Below, in pieces: positions 1 through 14,261 of a DNA stretch of 64,000 nucleotides. Both the position numbers and the translations under genes were made by a program. The stretch's first letter is position 1; the number at the start of each line of letters is the position of its first letter. A model generated the notes under the pieces. The model worked only from the letters and a program-made list of their open reading frames with translations, did not search any database and was not told the origin of the DNA. Source of the stretch: Albugo candida. Its lineage: Eukaryota. The stretch covers positions 248,001 to 312,000 of the forward strand of contig JBDOQK010000036.1 of assembly GCA_040437565.1 (NCBI GenBank), written 5' to 3'.

Positions 1-1368
<1,368 letters not shown>

Positions 1369-1516
1369 GATGTAGTAGGGGCTGCTATTATGAAGGGAAT
1401 GGTACGGTTACTAACGGATGCGAAGATCGGAGCATGATCGAAAGATGAATAAGTCAAAGACGGTGAGAACGAAAGCACAACAATTAAGTTTTTATGATTC
1501 ATTGAAATTCTTTCAA

Positions 1517-1915
1517 TTACACTACACAAGACATTATAACAGCAAGAGCGCCGATAAAAACACTTCCAAAAAGCTTCCCGGTAAAGTGATTCGCACTTGA
1601 TTGTTCTTTTCCTGGTGTGGATCCTTCCGTCATCGCACTGCTTCCATCGTATAATTGACTACTTGCACTAGTCGACTGACTATCCAGAGAGTCAGTGGAA
1701 TTTTCGAGATTGTTTGCGGCGTCAGTTGAAGAACCATTTAATGCTTCCGAGATATTTCCAGCGATATTAGTTGCCGCATCTGATATCGCTGAGCTTGCTG
1801 TTTCGATGAGACTTGAATTGGTCTTTTCATCTGTACTATTTAAAGTGCTTGTTTGCGAAAGTGTGTTTGGGCACGCGCATACAATCATTGCAACAAACCA
1901 GCCGCTCTTCTTCAT
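1517..1915 (-). CDS. Small secreted Ser/Thr-rich protein, probably GPI-anchored
   Basis: 132-aa ORF with an N-terminal signal-peptide-like segment, an S/T/N-rich body and a C-terminal hydrophobic tail (LFGSVFIGALAVIMSCVV). Confidence 0.7.
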   Translation of the reverse strand: MKKSGWFVAMIVCACPNTLSQTSTLNSTDEKTNSSLIETASSAISDAATNIAGNISEALNGSSTDAANNLENSTDSLDSQSTSASSQLYDGSSAMTEGSTPGKEQSSANHFTGKLFGSVFIGALAVIMSCVV

Positions 1916-2256
1916 CCTGACTCAATAATCAATGCTCTGTGTGGATTTTTATAAAATGATGTGCGACAGCAAAAAAGTTTTAGACGTTTCGGCACACTGG
2001 CACTGGATCCATGAAACGCCACGACAAAAGTGGTTTTTCTGAATTTCTTCTTCAATGCGACATTCTTCTCGCATTTTGTTTTTGTCACGCGCGTAGGAAT
2101 GGATGTTTTGATCCATATAATTTGGCTCACTTGAAAAACCGAAGGCTGCAACGCTCTGAATGCTTGCAGCGTATTGGTCTCTGGTAATGACGTCGGCCGG
2201 AGACAATCGAAACTAGCGAACTTATCGATGAATTTACCGTAAGCACACAAGTTCGG

Positions 2257-3208
2257 ATGTTTCGACGAGAAGTACAGCGTTTAGTCATCAAATGTACTAG
2301 ACGCAATGTTGTAGGAAGATCAAACGCTACATTCTCAGATGCAGAAACCACACATTTCGGGTATCAGAAAGTAGCAAAAGATGCCAAGAAGCCTTTGGTT
2401 GAATCTGTCTTCCATCGCGTCGCTGGTCGCTATGATTTAATGAACGACCTGATGAGCTGTGGAGTCCACCGTCTTTGGAAAGATGCATTTATCAAGATTC
2501 TACATCCTATCCCACCGTTGCGAATCTTGGATATGGCGGGAGGTACTGGGGACATTGCATTTCGGATTGCTGAACGTTTTTCAAACTATTCTGTCGACAA
2601 AGAGTGTCTATCTGGTTCAAATACAGATGGATCGGCTGATTCGCGTATCGTTGTTTCGGATATCAATTCTTCGATGCTTCAGGTTGGAAAGGAGCGAGCA
2701 TCGAGCCTCTTCCCTGACCGAGCGCATCTTTTTGATTGGGTTGAAGCTGACGCGGAAGAACTGAAACCGTTTGGTGGAAACGAATTTGACGTATATACAA
2801 TCGCGTTTGGTATTCGCAACGTCACTGATGTCAATAAAGCGCTTCAGCAAGCGTATCGGGTATTACGTCCTGGAGGGCGTTTTTTATGCATGGAATTTAG
2901 TTATGTGGACAATGTGATTTTGCGATCGTTATACGACATGGTAAGTAAGACTATTAACATTTTGATTTCCGCGTACATGCTAATTATATATCTTGTAGTA
3001 TTCTACAAATGTAATACCTTCGCTGGGACAAATGATCGCGAAAGATCGAGATTCCTATCAATATTTGGTCGAAAGTATACGGCAATTCCCACGTCAAGAC
3101 GAGTTTAAAGCGATGATGCAAATGGTTGGGTTTGAAAGCATACGTCATATGAATCAGTTGAACGGTATTGTTGCTATCTACTCGGGTTTTAAACCGCTGG
3201 ACTGTTAA
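2257..3208 (+). CDS. COQ5: Ubiquinone biosynthesis C-methyltransferase COQ5/UbiE, mitochondrial
   Basis: Motifs THFGY, VFHRVAGRYDLMNDLMSCGVHRLWK, LDMAGGTGDIAF, TIAFGIRNVT. After a GT-AG intron at 2941-2998 it reads SYQYLVESIRQFP..VAIYSGFK to TAA at 3208. Confidence 0.95.
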
Positions 3209-3910
3209 GAGTACTGTAACTGCTGCTTATATTAATCATTCAGTTAAAAATTTCGACCAGTTTTTCCGTTCTGTTCACAAAAACAGTCGGATAGGGAAGC
3301 CAGTAATCAGGAGAACATCTGAGTAAGCGTGACTGTCACACTCTGTCTAACATCATTTTTCCCCTAAAGCTCCCTTGCGACATTCCTGCACAGCAATACA
3401 TTGTGTGGAATGCTCACGCCTTTTGGGATAGGGGTCCCACAAAATTCCGTAATAAATCTGGTTCCCAATTGAAAATTTCAAATCAGTACGCTTCTTTTAA
3501 CCATTAGCTCACTCCAACTAGTAGAACAGTCAAGATTTGTAACACGTTCAGAAATGACAGATCCCTATGCACCGGGAACCGCTTCAACTTTTCTATGTGT
3601 GCCATAATCTTAGGTGATTGTTCCTGCTAAAAATTGCTGATCTTTCTCACCGATGATTTGGAGCGCTTTTTCTCTTATCGAAAATTTTTTCCGATGGCTT
3701 TTCCCCTACCGCGAGTGTCCAGACTATACCTTATTCTTGATCCACACATAGGTTCAGTCTATTCTAGAAGCATCCTAGAGAAAAGACGCTTTCTGAGGAT
3801 CATTACACATATTTCCTTTCCGGGTGAAAAAGACATTTTCGGTATGGGGAGGGAGATAGGCGCAATCGTTCAGGCACAGCTTCTACGTGCTTAAACTGCT
3901 ACCAAACTTC

Positions 3911-3926
3911 TCACTCTTCAATTTAC
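3911..3926 (+). promoter_or_regulatory. Oomycete Inr + FPR core promoter element
   Basis: TCACTCTTCAATTTAC matches the oomycete consensus (YCAYTYY-x-MWTTTNC) about 60 nt upstream of the ATG at 3975. Confidence 0.65.
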
Positions 3927-3974
3927 GTTCTCAAGTTCACTACAACAAAAACAGCTACCACCACATTTATCACA

Positions 3975-4325
3975 ATGAAAACCTTCGGATTCCTCATCGC
4001 TGCCCTTGCCGTCACCAATGACTGCGCACTCGCTGAAACTCCGTCATCGGGAAGTCCGCCATCAAATACCATAGGATCTCCTTCCTCAGGAAGTCCATCA
4101 GGAAGTTCTACTATGACACCACCGTCTACCACTGGGTCAAGCTCGAGCCTGAAATCATCCTCGTCCACTTCAGGCTCACCAGATGCCACTGAGTCCCCTT
4201 CCGACTCCCCACCCTCTGCCCCCACTACGCCACCATCAACAGACAAGAAATCTTCCGCGACAAGTGTTGCTGCATTCGGGTCAATCGTCGGTGGAGCTTT
4301 GTTTGCAATTTCATACCTTCTGTAA
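3975..4325 (+). CDS. Small secreted Ser/Pro/Thr-rich protein, probably GPI-anchored
   Basis: Signal peptide MKTFGFLIAALAVTNDCALA, SSGSP repeats and a hydrophobic C-terminus. Confidence 0.8.
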   Translation: MKTFGFLIAALAVTNDCALAETPSSGSPPSNTIGSPSSGSPSGSSTMTPPSTTGSSSSLKSSSSTSGSPDATESPSDSPPSAPTTPPSTDKKSSATSVAAFGSIVGGALFAISYLL

Positions 4326-4534
4326 GCTGACACCAAGTCACTTCCAACGTGGTATCTCTTGTTATGGGAACCAGCCAAGATATTTGTCCTCAGCTCGTTC
4401 ATATAGGGAGATATTACATTTTTCTTTGTGCATTTTCATTCTCAACAGTGTGTAGACATTGTACATGTGTATACAAGAGCAAAGCCACCGTAAAACAATA
4501 CACTTGCATTGCTCGCTTAAATTGTCTTTTATCT

Positions 4535-7500
4535 CTATACTTGTTTTCTCTGATAAAAAAGAATGTATGCCGTGTTCGACTTCACCCGTTCACTTGGCAT
4601 CACATCGACGACTCCATCATCAAAATGATACCAACGAGCTGTATCGTGGCCTTCTCCTTGACAGGAATTCTTTGCACAAGCTGTGTAGTGTCCGTAAGCC
4701 ATTCCTCCAAAGTGATTGCTGACCGCAAAGAGATCATACTGGAGGCTCTTTTTCGCAGGAGGCAACGTGTCAGAAGCTGAAGCTTGCAAACAATAGGGGC
4801 TCATGTCGAGATTTTCCAATGGAAAATCCACATCGACAGATAACTTATCTCGCAGTGTCTCGTTGCGATACTCAAATCGCTTCAAAGACAGAATGAGGAT
4901 ATCCGGTACCTTCCATATTTCAATCCTCTTGTGAGCTTGACGATGAGCTTTACAGTTTGCACAGTACCACAAATTTGCGTCATCCAGAGTTTCGGGCTTG
5001 ATGAAATTCTTAAAGCATGCGTCCAATGTGATGGATTCATTGCTGCTACTGGATGATTTGGTCCCATGAAAGGCTTGAATGGATTTATGATCTTTGATTT
5101 CATCTATTTCTGGTCGAAACCAAGTCGAAGGATTCGGTTCCAGCAGCTCAGAAGACCACACCAACCCAAAGAAGAATGGACCACGAGGATTCGTTGTGTG
5201 AGGCGAGGCCACTGGAACATGTTTGTGTTCCACGGAATGCACATACTCCAACAAGAGCACGGACTCGGTAGCTGGAATAGATTTCTCTCGAAATATGTAT
5301 CCTTCAGAACTGGCAACGAAGAGATGGGACGCAAGTATCGCTGGTGAGATTTGAACTCCTGAAGTATATCTGCTGCTTTTCTGCTACAAAGCAACATTTT
5401 GGTTACCAAACACCGCATAACGTAATAATAGAACACGTACTTGCACAATATGTGTTGAGATCTTCCGACTCCAATGGTGAAGCGCACTAAAAGATTGACA
5501 ACATGAATCATCGCTCACTGTGAGCACAATGAGTAGTGGACGTACTCGAGACAGGTTGTGTTCTCATCAAAAGTAAACATCAAAGGAATCCCAGCAAGTC
5601 GCGAGAAGCTACACGGCGAGTCAATGTCTCTTTTTTTGGAAATGATTTGGGACGGACTCACGTTTCATGATACAGAAATCCAAGGTACTGAGAGGAGGCC
5701 ATATCCATATCGGGATGTTTGGGGATATTGCCCCCTTCATGATCGATTTCGATATCGATAGGGGAAGCAGATTCCGGAGGCTTGTCGTTCAGGGAAATGG
5801 GAGGAATGCACGACATTTCATAGGCGACAATCCGATCTTCATCGCCAATGCTGCTGATTCGGTCGGTGTCTCTATCATTGTGAACAACTGGATGAGAGAT
5901 TGTCGGGAGAGAATGAGTACAAAGTGAATGTACCGAATGAGACGAAAAATCGTCGATTGGTACACATCTGCTAGCACCAGCTTGTTGCTTGCGATTCCAC
6001 AGACTTCACTGAGCGCGTGATAAAGTGTCTGGACACATTGCTTTTTGGACACTTGAATGGCATAACGTGTGAAATGACATCCGGATAGCTCGTTTTCTTG
6101 TACAGCATCATTTGAAACCACAATTATATTAAGAACGCGTGTTGATTTAGTCGGTAGTTCTAGTTGGATACAATTGTATGGATCGAATGTGATGGATACT
6201 TTGGAACAAACAGGACACACGACGGTGGACTTGAATTGGCCTTGAATGTGATCAACAAAGATACTATCATTTCGTAATAAATGACGTCGCCAGGCTTCAT
6301 CGGCAACAAAGGCATCTTCTACTTTTCCGTCGGATTCTTGTACTTCGGTGTAAGGCTTCTGTTTGATACGATTCAAATCCTCATGTAATCCATCCAACAT
6401 GTACGCCAATAGCTCCTGTGCGTCTTGCTGTTGATATCCTGAAAACTGCGGGGCGAATCGAGCGATCGCTCTTTTGAGTGCGATGGGAGATAGCTGACTT
6501 GTGCTTCCAAACCAAAGCTCTCGAATCAATTCGTTGTACACCAAAGCTAATTCTCCTCCTGTGCCTAATGGATTTCCTCTGTTCAAGTCTTGCTGAAAGC
6601 GAGTAGAAAGGAAATAATCGGTCAGTAGTCGCATGTGACTCAAGCACTGCAGAGCCGAGTTCAAGAAACAAGTATTTCCCAGGTTGCGAAGTCCTACTTT
6701 TCCACGCCGCTCCAACGCAATTGGATTACGCCAAAGTACTTGCACCTCTTTCGGAAGCTTTATCAACTCTTGTTCGATGAGATGTTCTTGTGTATCTGCG
6801 TGATGTATCATAACAGAAGCCTTTTCGAGCTTACTACATACTATTCTGTGGTACTTCCAATGTGAACGCTGGCAATCGACAGTGCAGTAGTACACGCGTC
6901 GACATCGACCACATCGCTTCACAGCTTCATTTACCGATCGACAAACAATACAGCTTTTTACTCGCATGCTCTCATCCGACAAAGTTTTGCTTCGAAGTGG
7001 CAAACTTCGATCCTCAACTACATTTTGTGTATCTATGTCTCCATCGTGATCCTCTTCTTCAAGCGGGAATTGAGCATCTCCATGTTGTGGTGAATGATCA
7101 GATTTATGTATTTTTAAAGACTCGTCGACTGAGGCTGCTAATTGATTGTTGATAACTTTGGTCTTCCCAACAATTTCTTCCAAGTCGTCTTCTCTTGCTT
7201 CTAATTCCTGTCATTGCATTCAAACAATATGTTACTAATGATCTCCACATTGAGTGGATATGCGCGTGGTACCGGATATATCTGTACGCGATTGATTGTC
7301 ATACTTTGATCGCGTTCATGCACGCATTTCGAAACAACAAAACGCGCAACTGTCGGACCACCTCCGTACCAGCAACAAAAAGCATCCCAGACTTCCTGAG
7401 GCACCAATACAAAATCGCGATTTTCCTCAAGATTTNNNNNNNNNNNNNNNNNNNNNNNNNNNNNNNNNNNNNNNNNNNNNNNNNNNNNNNNNNNNNNNNN

Positions 7501-8605
7501 NNNNNNNNNNNNNNNNNNNNNNNNNNNNNNNNNNNGTGGATATGCGCGTGGTACCGGATATATCTGTACGCGATTGATTGTCATACTTTGATCGCGTTCA
7601 TGCACGCATTTCGAAACAACAAAACGCGCAACTGTCGGACCACCTCCGTACCAGCAACAAAAAGCATCCCAGACTTCCTGAGGCACCAATACAAAATCGC
7701 GATTTTCCTCAAGATTTGGTCGGAGTGGGGCTCCAACTAAATCATCCAGATCCCGTTTCGTATTCTCCATACCTTCGAGCAACACTCCATTATCGATTGA
7801 TGGAAGAGTATCATTGTCCATTTCTCCTATTTCATTGTCTCCCTTGCAATACTCATAAGAGCTCGCCTCGCTCTCTCCGTACGACTCCATTGAGCAAGAT
7901 GAAAATATGAGATGATTGGGTCTGAAATCCACCATTTGACACCATTTCTGCCACCAGCCGAATGCGATCAAATATCGCTTCTCGCCGACGTGTAGAGACT
8001 AAAAATTGCAATTAGCGTGCAACTACCGAGAATAAAGCTATTTACATACCTGATTTTCTGCTTGTTGCAGTAGTTGGAATATAATCTCTCTTTCTTGGCT
8101 CTTTAGAGGCACAAGTGCGTGAGCCATCAGATTCGTCTCAATTGCGTTTACGTTCCTCTTTCTGCTGTTATGCTCTTCATTGTTCCTCCGTCGTGCTGCA
8201 GCACGCTTTTGAGCATTGGAAGGTTTCTTCTTATTCTATAGCANNNNNNNNNNNNNNNNNNNNNNNNNNNNNNNNNNNNNNNNNNNNNNNNNNNNNNNNN
8301 NNNNNNNNNNNNNNNNNNNNNNNNNNNNNNNNNNNNNNNNNNNAGCTATTTACATACCTGATTTTCTGCTTGTTGCAGTAGTTGGAATATAATCTCTCTT
8401 TCTTGGCTCTTTAGAGGCACAAGTGCGTGAGCCATCAGATTCGTCTCAATTGCGTTTACGTTCCTCTTTCTGCTGTTATGCTCTTCATTGTTCCTCCGTC
8501 GTGCTGCAGCACGCTTTTGAGCATTGGAAGGTTTCTTCTTATTCTATAGCATCATGTCAACGTCATTGATCACCACTACTTGTCATTAATGCCTACCTTG
8601 GCCAT
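4535..8605 (-). CDS. Ubiquitin-specific protease (DUSP + zf-MYND + C19 catalytic domain), multi-exon
   Basis: DUSP region (WWQKW..IDNGVL..DFVLVPQEVW..WYGGGP), MYND finger (CIVC..CGRC..YYCTVDCQRSHWKYHRIVC), Cys box GLRNLGNTCFLNSALQCL, QQDAQE and His box HFGGMAYGHYTA. The first exon is predicted to be 9 nt (ATGGCCAAG, 8605-8597). Two gap-flank duplications lie inside the gene. Confidence 0.92.
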
Positions 8606-8846
8606 GACATTCGACCTGCCCAATCAAAGAAGAACCAAAGCGAATTTATTCATATATTGCGTGTATTTCTTGTGACAATCGAAAATGTGTGTCTATCAAT
8701 GTTATATTTACANNNNNNNNNNNNNNNNNNNNNNNNNNNNNNNNNNNNNNNNNNNNNNNNNNNNNNNNNNNNNNNNNNNNNNNNNNNNNNNNNNNNNNNN
8801 NNNNNNNNNNNNCAATGTTATATTTACAATCTGTACGATGATATCC

Positions 8847-11201
8847 CTAAAATCCCAAAGTTGCGCGGCCATAAAACTCATCCTGGTGATCTTCAGGAAA
8901 CTTATCCGCGCTCGCTGTGGTTGAAGTTTCTAACGGCGTATTCCGGCCACTTGAGGAAGTAGCTTCTCGCAAATTACGATGACTGTTATGCGCTCGTTTC
9001 AATACGTTTGTCGCTTGATATGCCAAAACTGCGGATCGCATTGTTTTTGTCTTACTTTCCTGTCGAAGAAATGTGTTTCCATTACGTAATGCAGTCACCC
9101 ATTTCACCATTTCCTCGTTTGTTTTCGCGAAAAAATGAGATTGTTGCGTAGAGGTACACACTGCGAAATCTTTCCCTCGCTTCATATCCTCGCAGATCAC
9201 CTCGAAACTTGGATCGCCGACATGAATTTGACCGCGAACGACTGGATCACCACGCCGTTTATAATACTGCAGGAATCCATCAAGCGTGATCTCGCACCAG
9301 CGCTCGCGTGCGCCACGCATCGTCTTCATATTGCGAATGATACCTTTTTCACTCCATTCGGTGGGACCTTTATCCAGATAGCCCGATATGGTTGGCATCG
9401 CTCGAATTCGGTTATCTTCCACCTTTGCATTTGGGTTTCGTGAGGAAGTCGTCAAAGGGTTTGTGGGAGTGGATGTGGATAAGCCTTTGTTGGCGTGCGG
9501 ACTTGAGGATTTGCTTTTTTTCATCAAAGTCGAAATGGTGAGTGATGCATCACCGAGTGCTTTTGCCTTCTTCTCACGCAGCAAGTCCTGGGCTTGTTTG
9601 AGTTCTTCTTTGATAGCAGTACGTTTCGCCTGATACTCTTTTGCGAGTTCTTTATCTCCGTTTTGGGCTGCTTTGGCAAGTGTTCCAACAGCAGCTCGCT
9701 GGACTTTGCGCAACTCCAAAATGCGTGCTTCTAGCTGATTGATTTCGGTTTCAGAGGCATTGGATGTTCCAGAATCCTGCCCGCTGTCTTTCGTCTGGCC
9801 GGAATTTGTATATTCTTTGGATTTTGACGATTTGGAGCCATTCACCTTCTCAGTCAATCGATTCAAATGTTTGTTGAGTTGTGCCATTTCTTTCTCAACT
9901 TTCGAAACCTTACGCTGTTCTTTCATAACTTCGTCATCAAACTGCTTCGTTTTGATACGCAGCGCCGATAATTTCTCGCTGACACTTGCATTGGGATCCA
10001 ATCCAAACACATCTTTCTCCTCATTCGATGGGCCTTCGTCTGTATCCGTGGCTGTGTACTTGGACAATTGGCTCTCGAAATCATCCATGGTTGTCTGAAG
10101 AGCGCTTCTTTCCTTACGCAGCTTTTTATTGGCTTGTGTCAGTTTGGCGATATCGTCTTCTAACGAGGTGTTTTTCTTTAAAAGTATACTGTTTTTGGTC
10201 AGTTCTGGAGCCTCCATCAGATGCTTTTCCTGCAAACTCAGCTGGTCCAGCATCTTCTTATACTTTTCTTCGTCTACTTTAAGCTGCTTATGCTCCATAG
10301 TAAGAGTCCTCGACTTTTCTGATTCCTGACCGAATTCCGTTTGAATGATATCGTGCTTGCACTCTTGTAGCTTGAACGTATGCACCAGCTTCTTGGTCTC
10401 AATTCGCCACATTTCACCTCGCAACTCGCTCATCACGAGAACCCGGAGATACTGCTGTTTCTGTTTGAGGTAAGCTGTCGAGCTCTTTCCCTTCCTTTCC
10501 TTCTCCTGCTTTGCCGCTCTTGCAAGCTCAGGATTATCTTCTACTGTTCCTTTAGAAACATCAGCGAATTTCATCTTGATCGGTCGACCGGATTTCTTCA
10601 TCTTCTCCACAATGTCGTTGTATGTGTATCCAGCGAGACATACTCCATCGATCTCAATAACACGCATACCAATAACCAAACGCCTACACAATATCTGAAT
10701 ACATCTGCTGGAATGCACATTGAGAATGTAATCACACAAACTTGTCAGGTTTCACACTCCAGTTGTATAACTCCGCTGCACCTGGCTTCCCGCCAACCTA
10801 GCATCATCCAGCCTTCAGTCCCATACTTTTCATTTCGAGTGGATACGTTCGACCAACCTTGGGAAGCTCATCGACCTCAGCCTGGAATTGTGCATACGGT
10901 ATGTTTTCGACTTGTTTGACTTCATGCAAGCTGACACCAAGCCTCGGTTCTGTGAATTCGATCTCACACTCGTTCAGCCAGTTATAGTTTTGTCGTGGAG
11001 CTGTAAGATCGACAATACAGTCATCATGGCGATATTCTTCCAGAGTGATAGCGAAAGCTTACCCGGCTGAATCTGTGGGCGCACCCACTGCGTCTTGCCG
11101 CCTGGGGACACGTAATAAAAGCGACCGCGTTGTGACTTGCTCTCCCTCTTTGTCCACCCGGGAGGTAAGCGCTCATCCTCAGTAATACTCGTTGGAGCCA
11201 T
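8847..11201 (-). CDS. WW + PDZ-like + coiled-coil + PH domain protein
   Basis: WW (LPPGWTKRESKSQRGRFYYVSPGGKTQWVRP), PDZ-like (IGMRVIEIDGVCLAGYTYNDIVEKMKKSGRPIKMKF), a long coiled coil, and a C-terminal PH (ISGYLDK..ERWC..EEMVKWVTAL). Introns lie in the 5' part. Confidence 0.8.
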
Positions 11202-11670
11202 TCTCCTCCCAAAATGTACGTTTCTTTAGCTTTTTGATCGGCAAACCACTCGATCCGATGTGTTCCCTGAATGTATACGCTATCGCATGAGAAATGAGTG
11301 GAGAGGCATGTACGAGTGGGAGGATTATGACGTACCTATGGTGGTCAATTACATACAAAATGACGAGTAATAGTGCGATGTGTGTCACCGAAAATGAATA
11401 CTCCAAAATTCGATCTCGTTACGTTTAAATGCGCAGCAAAAACGCTGGAAAAATCGGATAATATGATAATATAAAGAGCTGCGTGATATGTAATCCGAGA
11501 GNNNNNNNNNNNNNNNNNNNNNNNNNNNNNNNNNNNNNNNNNNNNNNNNNNNNNNNNNNNNNNNNNNNNNNNNNNNNNNNNNNNNNNNNNNNNNNNNNNN
11601 NAATGTAGGCACGGCGACCATGCGCTCCATATGAAAAGTTGGTCTATTTATCAAACAATTCGCCGAGCCA

Positions 11671-14261
11671 ATGGTTCAGTTTGCAAAAAAGTTGATGCAA
11701 GCACAGCGACCGGAATGGAATGAGTATGTAGTATTATACGCATTACCATTGCATAAATTCCTCTGACAAGCGTTTGAAAGCCACTATCTCAAGTATAAGC
11801 AGCTGAAAAAGCGATTAAAACAAGTGCTTGTGGTCGCCAAAGATATCCAATCCACAAAGAATACGCCACAAGATGGGTTTAAGAAGGCGCTGGATTCAGA
11901 GGTAACGATCTCCCCTCGATTTGGGTGCTCCTACTGAGAGAAAAAGGTGCATTATTGGCTCGTAGGTGGAAAAAGTAGTGTTATTTCTACTATGCAAACA
12001 AGGCGAAATCGCTTCCTCGTTAGCCACTCTTCGTGAGCAACAAGCAGCGCTGACGGGAAGCGATATAGAGACAATACGAGCGCTAGCGGATGGCTACCGT
12101 CGAATTGGAGATGAATTGGTGCAATTATTACACTTTGTGGAATTGAATGCGACTGGACTTCGTAAGATCCTAAAAAAGCATGACAAGACTATGCAACAGC
12201 ACAAGATCATGGGCTCCTACCTAACGTCACGATCAGAGTCACAAGCGTCCCACTTGCATCAGTTGTACCATGACGAAGGAATCTCTGCCATTGTCGCGAC
12301 GATCCGGTCCGCGTTGATTGAGCTCAGAAGACTGAAAGAGCTTCTGGAAAGTGGGAAGGATACTCGTACGAGCACTGATATGCCTACGACGATGACTCGC
12401 TCAATATCGGAAGATGAACCGGTGTTAGAGAGGATCGCTCATGCTCGACGTCGCCTCCAACAATCGACTCAATATGTCAAGACGATCGCTGCTCAGGCTC
12501 TTATTTTCGATACAGAATCCTCTGAAGATGAAGAAGAGAGTACGATACAGTCGTTTAAACGACTCAAAGCGGATACTTCCGAGATCTCACGTGCAATCAA
12601 TACGATGTGTACATTCATTTACATGATGAATTATTATATTGTCGCACCAACTAGCGCCGATTACGCGGCCGCATTGGGAGAAGAAGCGGCCTTTAGCGGT
12701 ATTATCGTTGGAATGACACCTGTAGCTTCCCTCGCGAGCGCGGTTTTGTACAGCTGGTGGGCGAATCGCTCCTACAAATCTCCGCTTATTTTTGCGACAA
12801 TATGTTTGGTGATAGGCAATCTCATGTATGGTGTGGCTTTGCATTACAATAGTCTATGGCTGGCAATACTGGGTCGCTTATTGAATGGATTTGGAGGAGC
12901 TCGATCGATCAATCGGCGATATATCGCTGACAACTACACGCGGGAAGAACGTACCCAAGCATCAGCGATGTTTGTTACCGCCAGCGCATTGGGTATGAGT
13001 GCTGGACCGGCGGTAGCTGCGGCACTGGACTATGTTCCAGACTTTAGTGTGCTTAATGTGCGTGTGACAGTGGAGACAGCTCCCGGCTGGGTCATGTGTT
13101 TTATTTGGCTTGCATATCTGCTGATTGTGCTTGTCTACTTTAAAGAGCCTGAACGTCGAGAAGGAAAGCACATTGAGTCTCAAACTGTGATCTGCAAAGA
13201 CACCGAGACGTCCGAGTCGTCGTTATCTGTGGTCCACTGCCCAAATGAAAAGACAACGCTTCTATCAAGTGATCCCGAGCCTTATTATTCACTTCGGAGG
13301 CGCAGTAGCACTATGACTGGACCAGTTTCGGTGTCGCAATTATGGTCCAACATACCAGTGATTGTGTCTCTCGTGGTGTATATCATTCTAAAGCTTGTGT
13401 TGGAATGTCTCATCACGTCATCATCGAGTTTGGCGCAGTATTACTTTGCATGGAATTCCACAACTTCTGGACTTTATTTGGCCGCATTGGGGCTTCTTAT
13501 GTTTCCCACAAACGTACTCGTAAGTCGCCTCACAGATCGATACGAAGATCGATACATGATGGTCCTTTCAGAATGCTTGATGACGATCGGGATCATCATC
13601 TTTATCCACTATGGAGCGTACACCACATCGCAATTCATCGCCGGTGGAATCGTCATTTTCATATCGACAAATGTATTAGAAGGTGTGAATATGTCGCTCT
13701 TATCAAAAACGATCCCAAAGTCTTTCGCAAAAGGAACATTCAACTCGGNNNNNNNNNNNNNNNNNNNNNNNNNNNNNNNNNNNNNNNNNNNNNNNNNNNN
13801 NNNNNNNNNNNNNNNNNNNNNNNNNNNNNNNNNNNNNNNNNNNNNNNNTCGTAAGTCGCCTCACAGATCGATACGAAGATCGATACATGATGGTCCTTTC
13901 AGAATGCTTGATGACGATCGGGATCATCATCTTTATCCACTATGGAGCGTACACCACATCGCAATTCATCGCCGGTGGAATCGTCATTTTCATATCGACA
14001 AATGTATTAGAAGGTGTGAATATGTCGCTCTTATCAAAAACGATCCCAAAGTCTTTCGCAAAAGGAACATTCAACTCGGGTTTGCTCGCTACAGAAGCCG
14101 GGACTTTAGGCCGCGCTCTTGGCGACATTGCGATCGCCCTCATTGGCATCCCGGGGATGCAATATGTGCTCAATTACACCTTCTTTCCGCTTTTCGTCAT
14201 CTCTGTAGGCACCACACTCTACACAGTCTATCATTATAAGTCGCTCGTAACTCGTGAATGA
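11671..14261 (+). CDS. SPX-MFS phosphate transporter (vacuolar PHT5/VPT-like)
   Basis: SPX motifs MVQFAKKL, YLKYKQLKKRL and FVELNATGLRKILKKHDK are followed by a multi-TM MFS region (GRLLNGFGGARSINRRYIAD, GTFNSGLLATEAGTLGR). Two short 5' introns; gap with duplicated flank at 13749-13848. Confidence 0.92.

Noticed and set aside
3375-3450. Imperfect hairpins in the intergenic region
   Set aside because: Weak pairing, no terminal inverted repeats or target-site duplication, and no RNA family recognised.
3923-4402. Antisense/alternate-frame ORFs in the track (also 37229-37912, 43577-44092, 52591-53151)
   Set aside because: They are shadows of real genes on the opposite strand, with no recognisable motifs.
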